The notes beneath the pieces were generated by a model, which saw only the letters and a list, made by a program, of their open reading frames with translations, was not told where the DNA came from and did not search any database. Positions 1 to 15,414 of a stretch of 64,000 bases of DNA are shown here, piece after piece. Within the stretch, counting starts at the first letter, position 1, and every line of letters starts with the position of its first letter. Source of the DNA: Anthoceros angustus (Eukaryota; Plantae; Anthocerotophyta); the NCBI GenBank assembly GCA_010909165.1, contig VJWM01000007.1, positions 682,001 to 746,000 of the forward strand, in the 5' to 3' direction. The translations under genes were made by a program, and so were the position numbers.

Positions 1-178
1 GGTTGTGGATGGGATGCTTGTGCTGACAGACGCTCTTGTAGGCCTGGTTGTAGACGGTGTCCAGTTTGGAGCAGGCATCACCCTCCCCGCTTTCTCCTTG
101 CCGCAGCTGGTCCCTTCTGGCGCACAGGAACTCCGCCAGCTCCACATTTTCGGGACAGGCCACCTTGGGAGGCGCCAT
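1..178 (-). CDS. MUS81: Crossover junction endonuclease MUS81, 5' end (gene continues beyond the window start)
   Basis: Manual translation from ATG at 178 gives MAPPKVACPENVELAEFLCARRDQLRQGESGEGDACSKLDTVYNQAYKSVCQHKHPIHN. This matches the plant MUS81 N-terminus (CPEN..LA.....AY+SVC..K.PI) that precedes the helix-hairpin-helix. Not in the ORF track because it runs off the edge. Confidence 0.8.
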   Translation of the reverse strand, partial: MAPPKVACPENVELAEFLCARRDQLRQGESGEGDACSKLDTVYNQAYKSVCQHKHPIHN

Positions 179-220
179 CGCCGCGTTCCCTCGCTGCGAA
201 CATTACATCAAATGTTTCCC

Positions 221-295
221 GCCAAGCCAAGCCCAGCCGAGCCGAGGCGAGCCGAGCCGTGCCGAGCCGTGCCGAGCCAAGCCGTGCCCAGAGCC
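221..295. repeat. Degenerate (GCCGA/GCCAA/GCCGT)n pentanucleotide microsatellite upstream of MUS81
   Basis: About 14 imperfect 5-mers read directly. Confidence 0.85.
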
Positions 296-549
296 TGTTA
301 CTCTTGTAGGGTTTATGGTATGGGCATATGATACATGTCACATCTCTGTAGCATGTACAGTCCCTTGTATCCCTCTCCACTTTGAAGGGAGCCAGATCCG
401 ACGTCCCCATAACCAATTAGGGAGGGCCGACTGTAGTTGAGAGACTCCAAGACATGTTGTGTGCTGTTTCCTGCTCACGCTATGCGAGGATCCTGGGATC
501 CTGGCTTGCATTGCAATTTGCACTAACCAGAGCCCAGTGCGGGGCAGAT

Positions 550-567
550 AACCCTAAACTAAACCCT
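550..567. promoter_or_regulatory. Telo-box-like motif in the MUS81/ADK divergent intergenic region
   Basis: AACCCTAAACTAAACCCT about 200 bp upstream of the ADK ATG; AAACCCTA is the plant telo-box. Confidence 0.4.
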
Positions 568-767
568 GGTGGGGTCAGGTGAGCGGCAGCAGGGGGGCAG
601 GCAGCTTTAATGCCGGCGTTGACAGACGCCATGCTGGCTGTGCGAAGCTAGCGTTGCTCGGCTCGGGCGAGCAGGAGCAGGAGCAGGGGCAGGAGTAGAA
701 GCATCGGTGAGCAGGGTGAGGGGAAGGGGAAGGAGAAGCAGGAGCAGGCGAAGGAAATCTAGGCTCC

Positions 768-1870
<1,103 letters not shown>

Positions 1871-2471
1871 TGTTGCCGAGAGAGTTTGGAGCACAACCTG
1901 GACATGGACCCCGAGATTCGACATTTCAGGTGTGCTGCTGTTCTTGCACTTCCGCAAGCGTGTGAACTCAAGCGTGTCTCTATTTTCATTGTGATGATGG
2001 ATGCAGCAGCACCTAGTCACATCCAAGTTTTGCTCTCGGCTTGTCCACGCAGCAACTTATTTGGCTCGCATTGAGAGAGGCTGCTTCGCAATCCAGTTTT
2101 GAAACAATTTGGGCAACCATCTGTCTGCTATACATTGTAATAGTAGGCATAGATAGCCCTAACTAAGGGTCATTTTGCTCCCCGGAAGATTCATAAAAGA
2201 TCCTTCTACATCCAATGGATGGGATGGAAATGTAGATCCCCCGAACTACTCAGCTGGAATTCTCTTCGTTATCGTCCCCTCCAGTCCAAGGATCTGAGAT
2301 AATTGTGTCAACTGTGTCTCAGCAACAATGTAGCTAACAACGATACAGCAATGCATGCAAGACATGGCTTTCCTTCAATTAAATTCACTTGACTACAGCT
2401 GCAAACAGTAACACCGCCGGCACAGTACACCCGGCACAGTAGGGATGTACTATGCAGTGCCTCGTCTGAAG

Positions 2472-4949
2472 CTAACTGTTCAGCGAAGATCCCGAGTCTT
2501 CTGTGACAGAGTTAGCAGGCCAACCTCCGATTTTCTGGAGAGATCTGTACTGAAGTCGAACACTCTCCCCGTTGTCCAGCGTCCTCACCAAATACCTGAT
2601 GAGATGCTGTCAGATTAGGAACGTGCTCTAAGCTACCAAATAAACAAAAAAAGGGAAACAAAAGATACACTACCAGCCATTCAAGCATTGTGTGGTGATC
2701 ACAGCCTCGCGACCGACGAATCTCCCAGGTGTTCTCTTGTTACCCTGTGACCACTGACGAGTTCAACCTGGATTTCGATTGGACCAGTACGGCACAGCAA
2801 TGCAAAAAGTGCACCGAACTCCGTTTACCTTGATAAGGACCCGGTCAGAAACAACGAAAGGGAACTGAACCCCTTTGGACTTGGCACCGTCTGAGGGCAG
2901 CGCGTCACCTTGGGAAGGGGGATCCTGAGACTGTTAACCGATGGTCAGCTTAAAGTTGCACATTCCTGCACAGTAGTTGGCTTGCACATTTTGATACACA
3001 AACTACTCACCTGATCGAACTGTTCCCTTCGCCTTTTGCTCAGCCTTCCCGCACTCAACTTCTGAGCGTCACCCTCGCGCTTGAATGCCGCTACAGCAGC
3101 CCGCAAACCTTCAGCAGAGAGCCCCACCCGTTCCGGTACAACAGTTAGCAAGGTCATGCAAGTGATTTCTTTAAGACTTGTGACCAACAACCTGCAGCTA
3201 AAAACATGTAACTCATCCTGCTCATTGCAACTCCTGTAAGATCCATACAGGGACCTTTGCTCCACATGAGCCAACCACAATATGTTACACTTCTCTGGGA
3301 GGAGCAACACCGAAACAAAAATCTTCCATTGGACACCCAACTCTAATGGGGTTGGGCGAGAAACTAATCTTACTGTAGTTGGGAGCCATAGTCTCAGGAC
3401 TGGTAGCGGCTCCACATGTGAGGCACGCCCTCTGCAAACACATATTGCAATGAATTTCTTTCGAGAGGACAAAGTAGCAAATACCCAGCAGGCACGAGAA
3501 TTGACAGACAGTGATTTACAAGGCGAAGGATAAAAAATTCCTGAACCCGAAACCCAGTTGGGAACTTACATTTTGCATCACTTGCCGCAGCCCTCCACAA
3601 CCAAATGTATGCCCACAGGACAATATGGTTGCATCCTCCATCAGCTGACCCCTATCACAAAGCCAATGTCATCTCAGAACATGTAGACGAGCTGGTGAGA
3701 CACAACAACAGGACTACAGAAGAGCAAACGGCAGCCATTTGCAATTAGAGAGTATTGGGTCTTACGTTGCAGAGTCGGACAAAACGTGTCTTAAAGAGGG
3801 TTCCACAGCCTGCAGCTCCAAGACGTTGGGACTCTTTTGGGGCAGGTCATTCATGTGCTTCGCATCTTTCCCCTTGTGCGAGTTGGCCCCAGATGAAGTG
3901 AGCAAAGAAGTGTAATAATTATCACTGTCCCCATCTGTACACGAGCCTCGTAGGCTGTCACGCGGGGAGCCTTGAGCAACTGCTTGCTGCGACTCCCGCA
4001 ATAAACCGCTGCCTGGCCTCTCCAGGTAGCTCCCGGCCACACACTCCTTGGACTCAGAGTCTCTCACTGCGCGAGCTGCTGGGAATGAGGCACCAGTTGC
4101 GTCCCCACGGGCTCCAAGCTGAATTCCTGATAGATCCGAGGACGAATAGGTCATGGGGTTAACAGCCGATGCTGGGTTGGCGAGATAAATCCCTAAGGGT
4201 TGACATGCGGGCAGAGAAGCATGCGACCTCCCCTCCTCCAGGGCAGGTCTGTGAAACCCTTCTGACGCACTGTCTCCCCTTCCAAGCAGTGGAACCGATC
4301 CCACCCCAAGCACCTGGCTGCGTGGCTTGCGGGCCCCTGCCTCTCCTCCGTCTGCCTCGGTCTCTGCACCTGCTTCTCCCTCTGCCCCTGCCTCAGCTTT
4401 AGCCCCTGCCCCTGCACCACTCCTTCCATCTACCCCTGCCCCTACCTCAGCCCCATCCCGAGCTCTATGCTCCCCATGCCCTTCTTCCGGGTCCCCTTCA
4501 TCATCATCATCTTCCTCATCGCTGGCCTCTGTCTGCGAACCCTCGCTCATCTCCCTTTCCGGGCCACCAGCAGGAGTTCTAAGCTGTGCTGCCACAGATC
4601 CCTTACCTTCCCCCCATCCTTTACCTTCCTCCCGTAAAATTCCCCCCGACCCTCCCCCGTGAGAGTTGGATACAAGCTGCTGCCCCCCAGCTTCTCCCTC
4701 ACCGGCCTGCCCCTGCTGAGCTGCTGAGAAAGTGACGCCTCCGCCTCCGCCTCCGCCTCCCTGGTAATCCCTCTCGGATTCTTGCAAAAACCTGACTCCG
4801 TCAGAACCCAACTTGCCAAAACTCGGCCCAGGAGGTGGGTTTTTGGATGGCAAAGCCCTCTTGGGCCATTGCATCGACCCAGGAGACACTAGGCTGATTC
4901 CAGTTTCCACCGTTTCAGAAGCTGTGCCGTGCTCGCCTTCAGTTCCCAT
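2472..4949 (-). CDS. U-box domain protein of the PUB62/PUB63 type (multi-exon)
   Basis: Long acidic, low-complexity first exon, then spliced U-box-like SLRHVLSDSAT|GQLMEDATILSCGHTFG...RACLTCG...PNYSLRAAVAAFKRE, and C-terminal GVQFPFVVSDRVLIK|GNKRTPGRFVGREAVITTQCLNGW|YLVRTLDNGESVRLQYRSL typical of this family. Start at ATG 4949 is inferred; a 5'UTR intron acceptor lies at about 4977. Confidence 0.85.
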
Positions 4950-5500
4950 TGGTGTCACTGTGAATTTCAGTCCAACCTGAGCATGTTATTAACGCCTCAG
5001 CCTGAGCCCCCACAGCGTCACCCCATACCATTCATTCGTCCGAGACCCATATATAGGCTGTGCCCCCACAATTTACCGAACCAAACTCCGAGGCTCCTGG
5101 TCCGCGCCGCATACCGGGCACCTACATGCAACCCACCGCCTGGCTGGCTCCACACGGCTCGCAAGCAACAGGCAAATAGGCCGCTATTTCACTGCGATGC
5201 ATGTGACTGGCAGCAGGTGCATGCAGAGTGCGAAACGCAGACCCCCGCCCGCCTTGCTCCTGCTTGGATACAAACGCTTGTAATAAGGGCCTTCAACCTT
5301 CAACAGGGCACAACAGCTCAACCAGCTAGCTCTTCTCCAGGATCCGTCATGAGTCTCACAGGGGAACGTTATAACAATTTGAGCTGGAAGATTGCGGTAC
5401 GAAATTTAGGGCACAGCTAGGCCTACCGACCCCGCCTGGCTCCTCGGGGGAAGCAAAACTCAAACAAAAGGCGAATCACCTCGTGCTTCGCTTCCCCGGA

Positions 5501-7534
5501 TCAAGCGATGAGCAAATAGTCCCGGGTTTCCAGGCCCGACGCGAGAGGAACCACATTGAAAGCGGCGTCGGCCGGGACCGGGGAGGAATAATTGTTTTGC
5601 AATTTGGCGTGACTCTCCGCTGCCTGCTGGAACGACTTCACCAAGTCCTGTAGCTCCATGGTGCGGGTGATGAGGCGGTCTTCGGGTATGGGCTTGCTGT
5701 AGCCCAGAAACACCATTCCCAGTGTTATCAGCGTGGCCCCCGAAAGTATCAAGCATCCGCAGAATACCGTGAAGGCGTAGGGGCTCTTGTCGCCCCCTGG
5801 TATCCCGTCCAAGTTCACTCCGAACAGACCTGTTGCGATGGAGAGCAACAGTCCCACGCCTCCGATCACCGCTAGGTTATGCTGGATCCTCACGCTCTTG
5901 TCCTGCGGCATAGCATGCGTCACCGCAACACCGAGTCAGGTAGGCCTGCTGCCGGGCACGCGAGCGCGGCACGCTGCGCAGCGAAGCACACACCTGCAGG
6001 CCAGCTCGCACGGTGCTCTGCATCACATCTTGGATGGTGAAGAGCCTGTCGCGCACAGCTTCTTGCTCCCCTATCATCTCCCTCGTGTTCTGCCTCGTCT
6101 GCTTCAGGATGAGCTGCGTGCATTTACCTCTCAGGTGCTCCGTGAGCTCGAAGATGATGTCGTCTCGAGCATGCAAGGACCATTTCACTCTGATCACCTA
6201 TCGGAAGGGACCACAAGCTTACCTTAGGTGGGAATCACATGAGCAGCGCATCCTAAGCAAGCGACTGTCACCAGACTAGATGCATACCGACGACGAAAGC
6301 CGACGAATCTCCTGATTCAAAATGAGGGTGAGCAGACGAAGATCCTCCTTTTCTGTCCTGCGGAAAGGAGATTGGTGTCTCAGCTGAGCCACATCATGCA
6401 GGGCATTGAAGCAGAGCTTTGCGCAACCTACCTGTTCATGAACTTCAATTCCACTTCATCTGCCGCACCGAAGTAGAGTTTCCGGAACAACCTGGTTCGC
6501 AATTGCAGCAAAGCACATGAGCCGCCATCGATAATCCGCCGTGCCGTATCACCGCAGGCAGCGTTGGTGTGACGGTACCAACCTGTCATCCCATCTGGCA
6601 AGACGGCAGACTAGGAGTGCAATGACCTCATGGACGGTCTTCGGGGACTCGGCACCGCCAGCGCCTACAAGATCCTGTCACAATGCAACACACAACCGGA
6701 ATCCGTTCAACGTCTCTGCACTGTGCAGTGACTGACGACAAGGGTTCCACTCTCACCTGAACTTCGGTGATACCGAGCACATTGAGCTTGGCCACCTCCC
6801 CCTTGACATGCATGGCTGTGATGAGGTAATGTTCAGCTTGCCAAGAGCGAAGAACCACGGGCACATTCTCCTCCGGCCGCTCTCCAATCGACTGTCCCAG
6901 CAGCTCGAACAAGAGCCCCCCGGCAACACGTACCGGCACCTGCAACATCGAGTCCATCACTTGCAAGCTGCCGTGCCAGAGCTGCAGCTTGGTGTTTGTG
7001 GAGACGCACCTCGTAGTAAAGATGCTTCATTCGGTCGCTGATGAGACGGCTCTCGTCCCTGAGAGCAGCAGAGACGGCAGGGTACAACCAGTGTGCGTGT
7101 TCCAACCACTTGCTCACATGAGGATGCTCCGCCAACAAATGACACCACCACGTCGGGCCTCCGGCTGGTTGCCAGTAGGGAGCCAAGACGGTGGCCACAC
7201 TCAGGCTAGAATCGTCGTCGTCCAGGAGGTCCCGCGGCTGCGACATCCACTCCGCATCCATGCGGACCAATTGCACCAACTCCATGATTCTGGCCCAACC
7301 GATGGGAATCCAGTGAGCAACCGGGATGCCATCGTGCTGCGCCTGCGGAAGTGGAGCAGGAGGAGGAGGGAGAGCGGCAGCTCCATAGCCACTGCTTGTT
7401 CCCTGCTTGCCAGCAACTTTCACCTTCAAGGTGTTGCCGTTCTTCTCTCCACTCTTACGAGGCACATACTCGTAGGCGCACAAGAGGCCATCCGTCCACA
7501 GCTCACATGACTCGCTATCGTCGAGCTTGCGCAT
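5501..7534 (-). CDS. Plant CorA-like (Mg2+/Zn2+ transporter-related) membrane protein (multi-exon)
   Basis: Motifs LWTDGLLCAYE, HWIPIGWARI, PYWQPAGGPTWWCH, SRLISDRMKHLYYEVPVRVAGGLLFELLGQS, PVVLRSWQ; two C-terminal TM helices with GLFGVNLDGIPG (GxN signature). Confidence 0.88.
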
Positions 7535-7789
7535 CCTTCTGCCTTCAACCCGACTCACCCTCCAGCCACAGATCCAGCTGCGCAAATCCGTAGGCACTTA
7601 CGCAATGTCGTTACACTTACACAACCCTAGCTCCACACGGATCGCCAAGTGTCATGCCCCACTCAACGACCACGTCATGCACCGAGATGCACATTCCCTT
7701 CGCCTTCCATTTGATCGGCCGACGCGCACTCCCGGTTTTAACCCTTCCTTACTTTCCGTGCCTTCGGTTCACATGTGTAAACACCCTCT

Positions 7790-8270
7790 GCAGGCTTTTG
7801 CGCTTGTGCTAGAAGAAAGGCCGAGGCTCTCGCTCACGGCAAGCAGGTCCATGCGCATTTGGTAGAACGACGGGTCAGGGGACTTCGTGGTTACCACTCT
7901 GGTTAACTGTGGAAGGTTTGCAGATGGCTTCCGGCTATTTCAGAGGTTGTCACACCGAACTGTTCGTTGTTGGACAGCCACCATCTCGGGCTATGTGAAA
8001 GCTGATCACTGCCAGCAAGCCCAGTCATGCTATGAGCAAATGCAGAGGGAAGGTGTGCAGCTCAACCAGTACACATTTGTGAGCCTGCTCAGAGCGTGCA
8101 GCAAATTAGAATGCCTGCAGGAGGGTAGGCGGATTCACAACCTGTGCGCAACGTTGGCTCCTGGAATGCAATGTTGGCAGCTTATGCTCAGCAAAACCAA
8201 AGGAGGAAAAGCATTGCATACTTATGACCGGATGCTGGAGGAAGGTGACAGACTGGTTTCAACTTCAAGT
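7790..8270 (+). pseudogene. Decayed PLS-class PPR gene fragment
   Basis: PLS motif pieces in different frames: RLLRLC*, ALAHGKQVHAHLVE, VTTLVNCGRFADGFRLF, VRCWTATISGYVK, GVQLNQYTFVSLLRACSKLECLQEGRRIH, then PVRNVGSWNAMLAAYAQ and KALHTYDRMLEEG. In-frame stop, frameshifts, internal deletion, no E/DYW domain. Confidence 0.8.
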
Positions 8271-8486
8271 CGGAGAGGTGGGCAGTGACACCCCGCCTCA
8301 CTCACACCTCTTTCCGCAATGCCGAGGCCGAGTGTTCATTCCCCAAGGCGGCATCCATAGCCATCTTGTATGGCCTACATGTACAACTAAGGATGTGGAG
8401 GACGCTTCCAGACGATGTATTCTTAGTCACCGAGTGGCCCAGCACTGCCCACACCTTGCTCTTCCCCTTCATCGGCCAGCCCCCCA

Positions 8487-9954
8487 CTACTTCTGAGATG
8501 GATACTCTCGTGCTCCGAAAATGACCGATCCTACCCTCACGTTGGTACTGCCCAAGCTTATCTACAAAACCCAGGAAAGGTCATTGCTAGAGCTCCTCTG
8601 CTTGAATACCAAAACCAAGGACAGTGCAAAAGCCTTACCGCTTGCTCAAAGTCTCCAGACATGCCCATAGATAGCTCACAAAGCTCGTTGGGGATGCCAA
8701 GGCTATTGCACACATCATCTCGACAAGTCCTCAGGGTCTGCTCCGTGGCACACACAGTTAACAGGTTGGCGCATAAACAAACAGCCTAATTACGAACCCA
8801 GCAGTCGCGGCTCCCAAAATCTGCTTCACCTGGAAATTTTCAGGGGTACAAGTGTAATCCAGCATTCCGATGGTCATCAAGCCTGAAAACTCCAAGTTGG
8901 GACATTCCGTCCTAACGTGTCGTGCGAGCGAAACACACTCCGAGGGCTCCACTCCTGACTTCGCTGTGTGAAGCAAACCAACTTCCATGTGAGTGCCAAA
9001 GGAGAGCCTTTATGATACGCATGGCACACAGTGACTTAAGGGCTACCCACACACACGCAAGCTAAACACTGAGCAAGAGTGAGGATGTTGCAGACTTACA
9101 CTCTTCCCCACTCGTATTAACTTGAACAAGAACTTTCAAAGGACTTCTTCCAATCGCCCCGACCGCCCTATTCAGATAATTGGCAGCCTACAAGGCATCA
9201 AGTTGCATTCGTCACTGTGAGGAGCACATGCTGCATGGAATATGCATGCCAGCTCTATCCATGTCTGCAATAACAGCCCACCAACGGGGACGGCCTAAGG
9301 TCTCAGAGAAAGGAAGAAAATATGACCCACGAGGCCAACCACGGTTTTGCTCACCTTGGGGCTGTCCACACTTTCCACCATGAAAAGATTGGGCACACCT
9401 GCTGAGGTGCCGTTCCCGAACAACAGACTCAGCGAGATTTGGGTGAAAATAGCAGCTGGGCAACAGGTGGACCATGGAGAGTGTACTCACACACGAGCGC
9501 TTTAGCCTTGTTGCTTTGCAGATGGCCGATAAAGTGCCATCGGATGTCTTCTGGCAACTGCAGCATAAATTTAACACACGGTATTCAGCCTATGAGCGTT
9601 GAGGAGATGGAAGAGCAGCCAAACAGCAGCGGTCCGCGTGACAGAGGAGCCACCTCTTGAGACTTATCAATCAGCTCTTGCACGTAGTTTTCACCGAAGT
9701 GGCGATGACCTGCAGCATACACCTCCTTGATGAGAGACGCCGGCTTTGTCTTGCTCACAGCCACCAATCTCGCCTGCAAGAGAGATGGTGCAAGAAAGTG
9801 AGCCGCTGAGGCTGCTGCAGCGACAGTGCCAGTGGATTGAGATGCCCGCTACCGAGGAGGCAGGCCTGCCAGCTCGCTCAGCCGCCTGCTGCACGCGGAG
9901 CAGCACGTCCTTGAGCGCCTGCACGGCTGCTGCCTCCGCCGCCCGAGCAGCCAT
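8487..9954 (-). CDS. PLPBP: Pyridoxal phosphate homeostasis protein (YggS/PROSC family; multi-exon)
   Basis: [41 protein letters not shown]|[41 protein letters not shown]; TAG at 8487-8489. Confidence 0.96.
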
Positions 9955-10219
9955 GACCCGCTAGCCAACCACTTAATGAGTGACCAAAACGAAGAAGAAT
10001 CAAACGACCAAAGTTTACGTGGGTGACACTCGACTGAATGAATTTAAGAAGAAACAAAATGTCTCCAGATCCACATCCTTTTGGCCAGTTTTTGACCTTA
10101 CACCAAGGGTGACATCCCAAACAGAGTACCTATTCTGCTTATGCTTCAGGGCAACATGACGAGTTGACCCACCACCTCTTCTTTTGCTCACAGTAGTGCC
10201 GAAGAGAAAAAAAGATTCA

Positions 10220-11278
10220 TCAATCAGACTTATCGGTGGCTGATTTCTTGTCAGCAGCAGAGGCATCTCCAGCAGAAGCCTCAGCGGATCCTGTAGCTTC
10301 CTCTTCACTCCTTGACTCGTCGAACTCGAGAAGAGGCTTGATCTCACCATTGATGGCACAGTGGGCTCCCACAAAGCCAACCACTCCCGGCACAATGTAA
10401 AGCAGGGCAGGTTGGGCTGCCTGGAACCAATTCATCACTATGATTGTGACTACCAATCCCGCAGTGTAACCCCCGAAGGCACTCAAGAAGTAGCGCTTAC
10501 GGTTCCCTCTGGACACGTCAAAACGCAGAGCAAGAGCCACAAAAATACCTGGAATAACAATGTCACCAAGCCCTAACATGGAGAAAGGGCGAATGGGGTC
10601 CCCAGTTGGGAACACCAGCTTGATAGGAGCATCAAATGACTTGGCCACACTGACCATCACCGGCGTGAAAAACACCCAGAAGATGTCGTACACGAAGAGA
10701 CCTGCCAGTAAGATACCACCTATTTTGAAAGAGCCCAGGGACAACATCTCAATCCCTTGAATTGAAAAGGCCAAACCCAAAGTATTGTTCGCCAGCCAGT
10801 GCTTCTTGATCACATACCACACGCAGAAACAGGTGCCCGGTATAGCAGCTATCAGGTGCGAGGTGGTGAAGTCAAATTCCACATTCTTGACATAAGGGAC
10901 CTTCAGAGATTTAGTGTCGTCGTTCCAGCTGGCCGGGAGGAAGGGGGAGATGAGCGGCAAAATTGTGGCCGACAGGGCCAGTACTCCAAGTACAAAAAAG
11001 TAGAGGGTAAGCACAGAGTTGATGACATCCTTGGGGATGAATTTGAAGAGGAGGAAGAGGGAAAGCAAGACTGCGCTCCCAATGAAGGGAAAGCGCACAG
11101 CGTGCTCCTTGGACATAGTCTCGGTTGGTGGCGCAGGCTTCACCGAACGGTGACAACCTACGAACACAGTCAAGCACGCTGTTGCCACCACATTGATATT
11201 AGGATCGACGTGGACGAAAAGAGGTGCAACAGTGAGCCCAAGGAGGGCGACGCTGGCTGCTCGCTCCAAGGATACCAT
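10220..11278 (-). CDS. SPP: Signal peptide peptidase (GxGD aspartyl intramembrane protease), single-exon CDS
   Basis: Uninterrupted ORF with GLFVYDIFWVF, MLGLGDIVIPG and QPALLYIVP motifs. ATG at 11278 (MVSLERAAS) aligns with the plant SPP start. Probable 5'UTR intron at 11338-11480. Confidence 0.96.
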   Translation of the reverse strand: MVSLERAASVALLGLTVAPLFVHVDPNINVVATACLTVFVGCHRSVKPAPPTETMSKEHAVRFPFIGSAVLLSLFLLFKFIPKDVINSVLTLYFFVLGVLALSATILPLISPFLPASWNDDTKSLKVPYVKNVEFDFTTSHLIAAIPGTCFCVWYVIKKHWLANNTLGLAFSIQGIEMLSLGSFKIGGILLAGLFVYDIFWVFFTPVMVSVAKSFDAPIKLVFPTGDPIRPFSMLGLGDIVIPGIFVALALRFDVSRGNRKRYFLSAFGGYTAGLVVTIIVMNWFQAAQPALLYIVPGVVGFVGAHCAINGEIKPLLEFDESRSEEEATGSAEASAGDASAADKKSATDKSD

Positions 11279-11588
11279 GATGCTGATGACCAATAGAAGG
11301 GAGAACAATCTCACAGTCGATGATCCTGAATCCTTCCCTGAAACCACCGCTTACGAGTGAAGACACAGCAGCGGCACAGCCATGTAGGGCATGGCCAGCA
11401 AGCCGAGACTGAGAGGAAGGCGTTACAAGACGGGGAAAAGATGCCCCGACTGCTGCGAAGCTGCCGGACAGATTATGCACCTTTCCTTTCCTCGGATCGA
11501 TCCACCTGCTAGCTCGCTCAACAACCAGCTCAGACGCGTTTCCTGTTACGGACTGTGACGAAACGTTGCCCTACATTAGCAACTGTGA

Positions 11589-11597
11589 AAACCCTAA
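11589..11597 (+). promoter_or_regulatory. Telo-box (AAACCCTAA) upstream of CCDC86-like gene
   Basis: Exact AAACCCTAA about 110 bp before ATG 11701; telo-boxes are typical of plant ribosome-biogenesis promoters. Confidence 0.55.
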
Positions 11598-11700
11598 ACC
11601 TAAGAAACCGAAATTTACAGAGACCGAGGACTACACTGAAACGCTCCTGAGAGGCTCGATACTTGGCGAGGGCTGTGAGGGTACTGACCCCAGGATTCCC

Positions 11701-12231
11701 ATGGCGAGCACCGTGGATTTCCGGTGCCTGTACGAGGGCCTAGGCGGGCAGCAGAACAAGAGGAAGCGGTCTGATGTGGAGCCTGAGAATGGCGGCATGC
11801 AGGTAGATGAAGAGGAGGAGGCGAAGTGGAGCAAGAGCAGGAAGGTGGCGGTCGGTACCGGCAAGGATGAGCGCGTCTTCGGCAAGCCTACTTTCGACGG
11901 GGTCATAGCCGGCAAGATCTCCGGCAGGAAGTGGAAGCAGGCCAAAAGCGCCCCGGTGTCGTCTCTCAAGGTGACAGGCCGCAAATCAACGCTGGCGGAG
12001 CGGGATAAGGAGAGGCAGGTGCGCAAAGCCTACCTGGCACGGAAGCAGGAGCTGAAGGAGCAAATCCGGTCCAACAAGGTGGAGAAGCGGCGGCTGAAGG
12101 AGGAGCGCGTCAAGAGAAAGAAGGAGAACGAGCTCCGATCTGGCACCGTGGTGCAGAAGATCACCAATCCCAAGACCTTGAAGAAGATGTCGAAAAAGCA
12201 GAGGAAATTGCTGAGACAAGTTGCTGACTAA
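11701..12231 (+). CDS. CCDC86: Coiled-coil domain-containing protein 86 / Cgr1-like nucleolar protein
   Basis: MASTVDFRCLYEGLGG, FGKPTFDGVIAGKISGRKWKQ, Lys/Arg-rich coiled coil, ENELRSGTVVQKITNPKTLKKMSKKQ. Confidence 0.85.
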   Translation: MASTVDFRCLYEGLGGQQNKRKRSDVEPENGGMQVDEEEEAKWSKSRKVAVGTGKDERVFGKPTFDGVIAGKISGRKWKQAKSAPVSSLKVTGRKSTLAERDKERQVRKAYLARKQELKEQIRSNKVEKRRLKEERVKRKKENELRSGTVVQKITNPKTLKKMSKKQRKLLRQVAD

Positions 12232-12798
12232 TCGGAATCCTCTCTGATTGCTCCTCGCCGCTGCCGACGAAGGGGAGCGCACTTGCTGGCTGCCGGCGTC
12301 TTGCGAGAACTGTTCGCAGTATCGCTGAATGATTCCAACCCTCGCTGCTTGCTCCTTCCTCCTCCCTCCTTCGAGCTGATGAAAGAGGTAGCAAGTCGCT
12401 GGCTCGCAGCAGGCTGTTTGCTGGCTCTGGCGATTTTGGTTCGCATCTCGATTTCTTACGTAAACTGCGGAGTTAGTTGTAGGTATGGCAACGTACACTT
12501 CTTAAGTGTTCTTGTTGGACGGGCTTATCTCGGCGACAACTCATTGTACAATAAATGCATCCCGTATGGGTTTTTTATATTCTTACTCAGCTTCGTGTGT
12601 ACTTCCGCAGTCGCCTATGTGACTCTGCACACCACCTGCTCGGAACGGGGTGTGACCAGGACCTAGTCCGGTTCTCGCCTCGTGTTTGATTAAAACTGCG
12701 CTGCAGTGCTGCAGTTCCGACTGACACAAAGGGCGCGGCTCCTCCGAACGCCACGGCACGCTACTGTGCTGCCGCCCCTTCCCCCGGCCCCGGGCGCG

Positions 12799-14702
<1,904 letters not shown>

Positions 14703-15414
14703 GTGTCATGATGCCGGTATTTCGGAAATATGTTATCCTGGTGCATCTCTGAAACTTAGACGGGATATTAGACTTTTAGACACCCCCTTTGGAGTGATTG
14801 TGGGACAATCATTGGGATATCCACTCAAGAGCTACGGCAACTCTTTCTTGGGTGAGACACTCGCCATCGGCGTGGTGTTCGTTGGTGTAGTCTACGGTGC
14901 GTCACTAGTGACGTGCCAAAGCTGATCTGAGCTGATTGCAGGGTTGATCTGTAGAGATAAGGGGACCTCTACATTGTGCCTGAAGATTTCGGCACATCGT
15001 AGTGTGTGTGGCCCGTGCAGAAACAGTGGGACTGAGTACACAAGCACCAAACTGCAACCGCTAATACCTGCAGTTCGACCTAATTTATTTGTACAGTGAA
15101 CTTGAAAGAAATGCACCTTCAATGCAGACCACCTGCAGAGGATAACCTTACGTTCTGCATGAAGTACTCATTAACTTCATCCAGTTCCAAGTTGCTCTTA
15201 TAGCAAATTGCGCGATTCAAACGCCACATCACGTCGATATTGACTTGTGGTCCCACAGTCTGGTAGAGTGTCATGGTCCACGTGATACTTTGAACCGTTT
15301 GCTCCGCTGTCCAGGATCCCAAACAAGTTTCCAACCGTCTTTTTCTAGTAGAACAGCGTGCAACAACAGACAGTATTTTACGATATTTTATGCTACTGTT
15401 CTGACACGAAAGTC

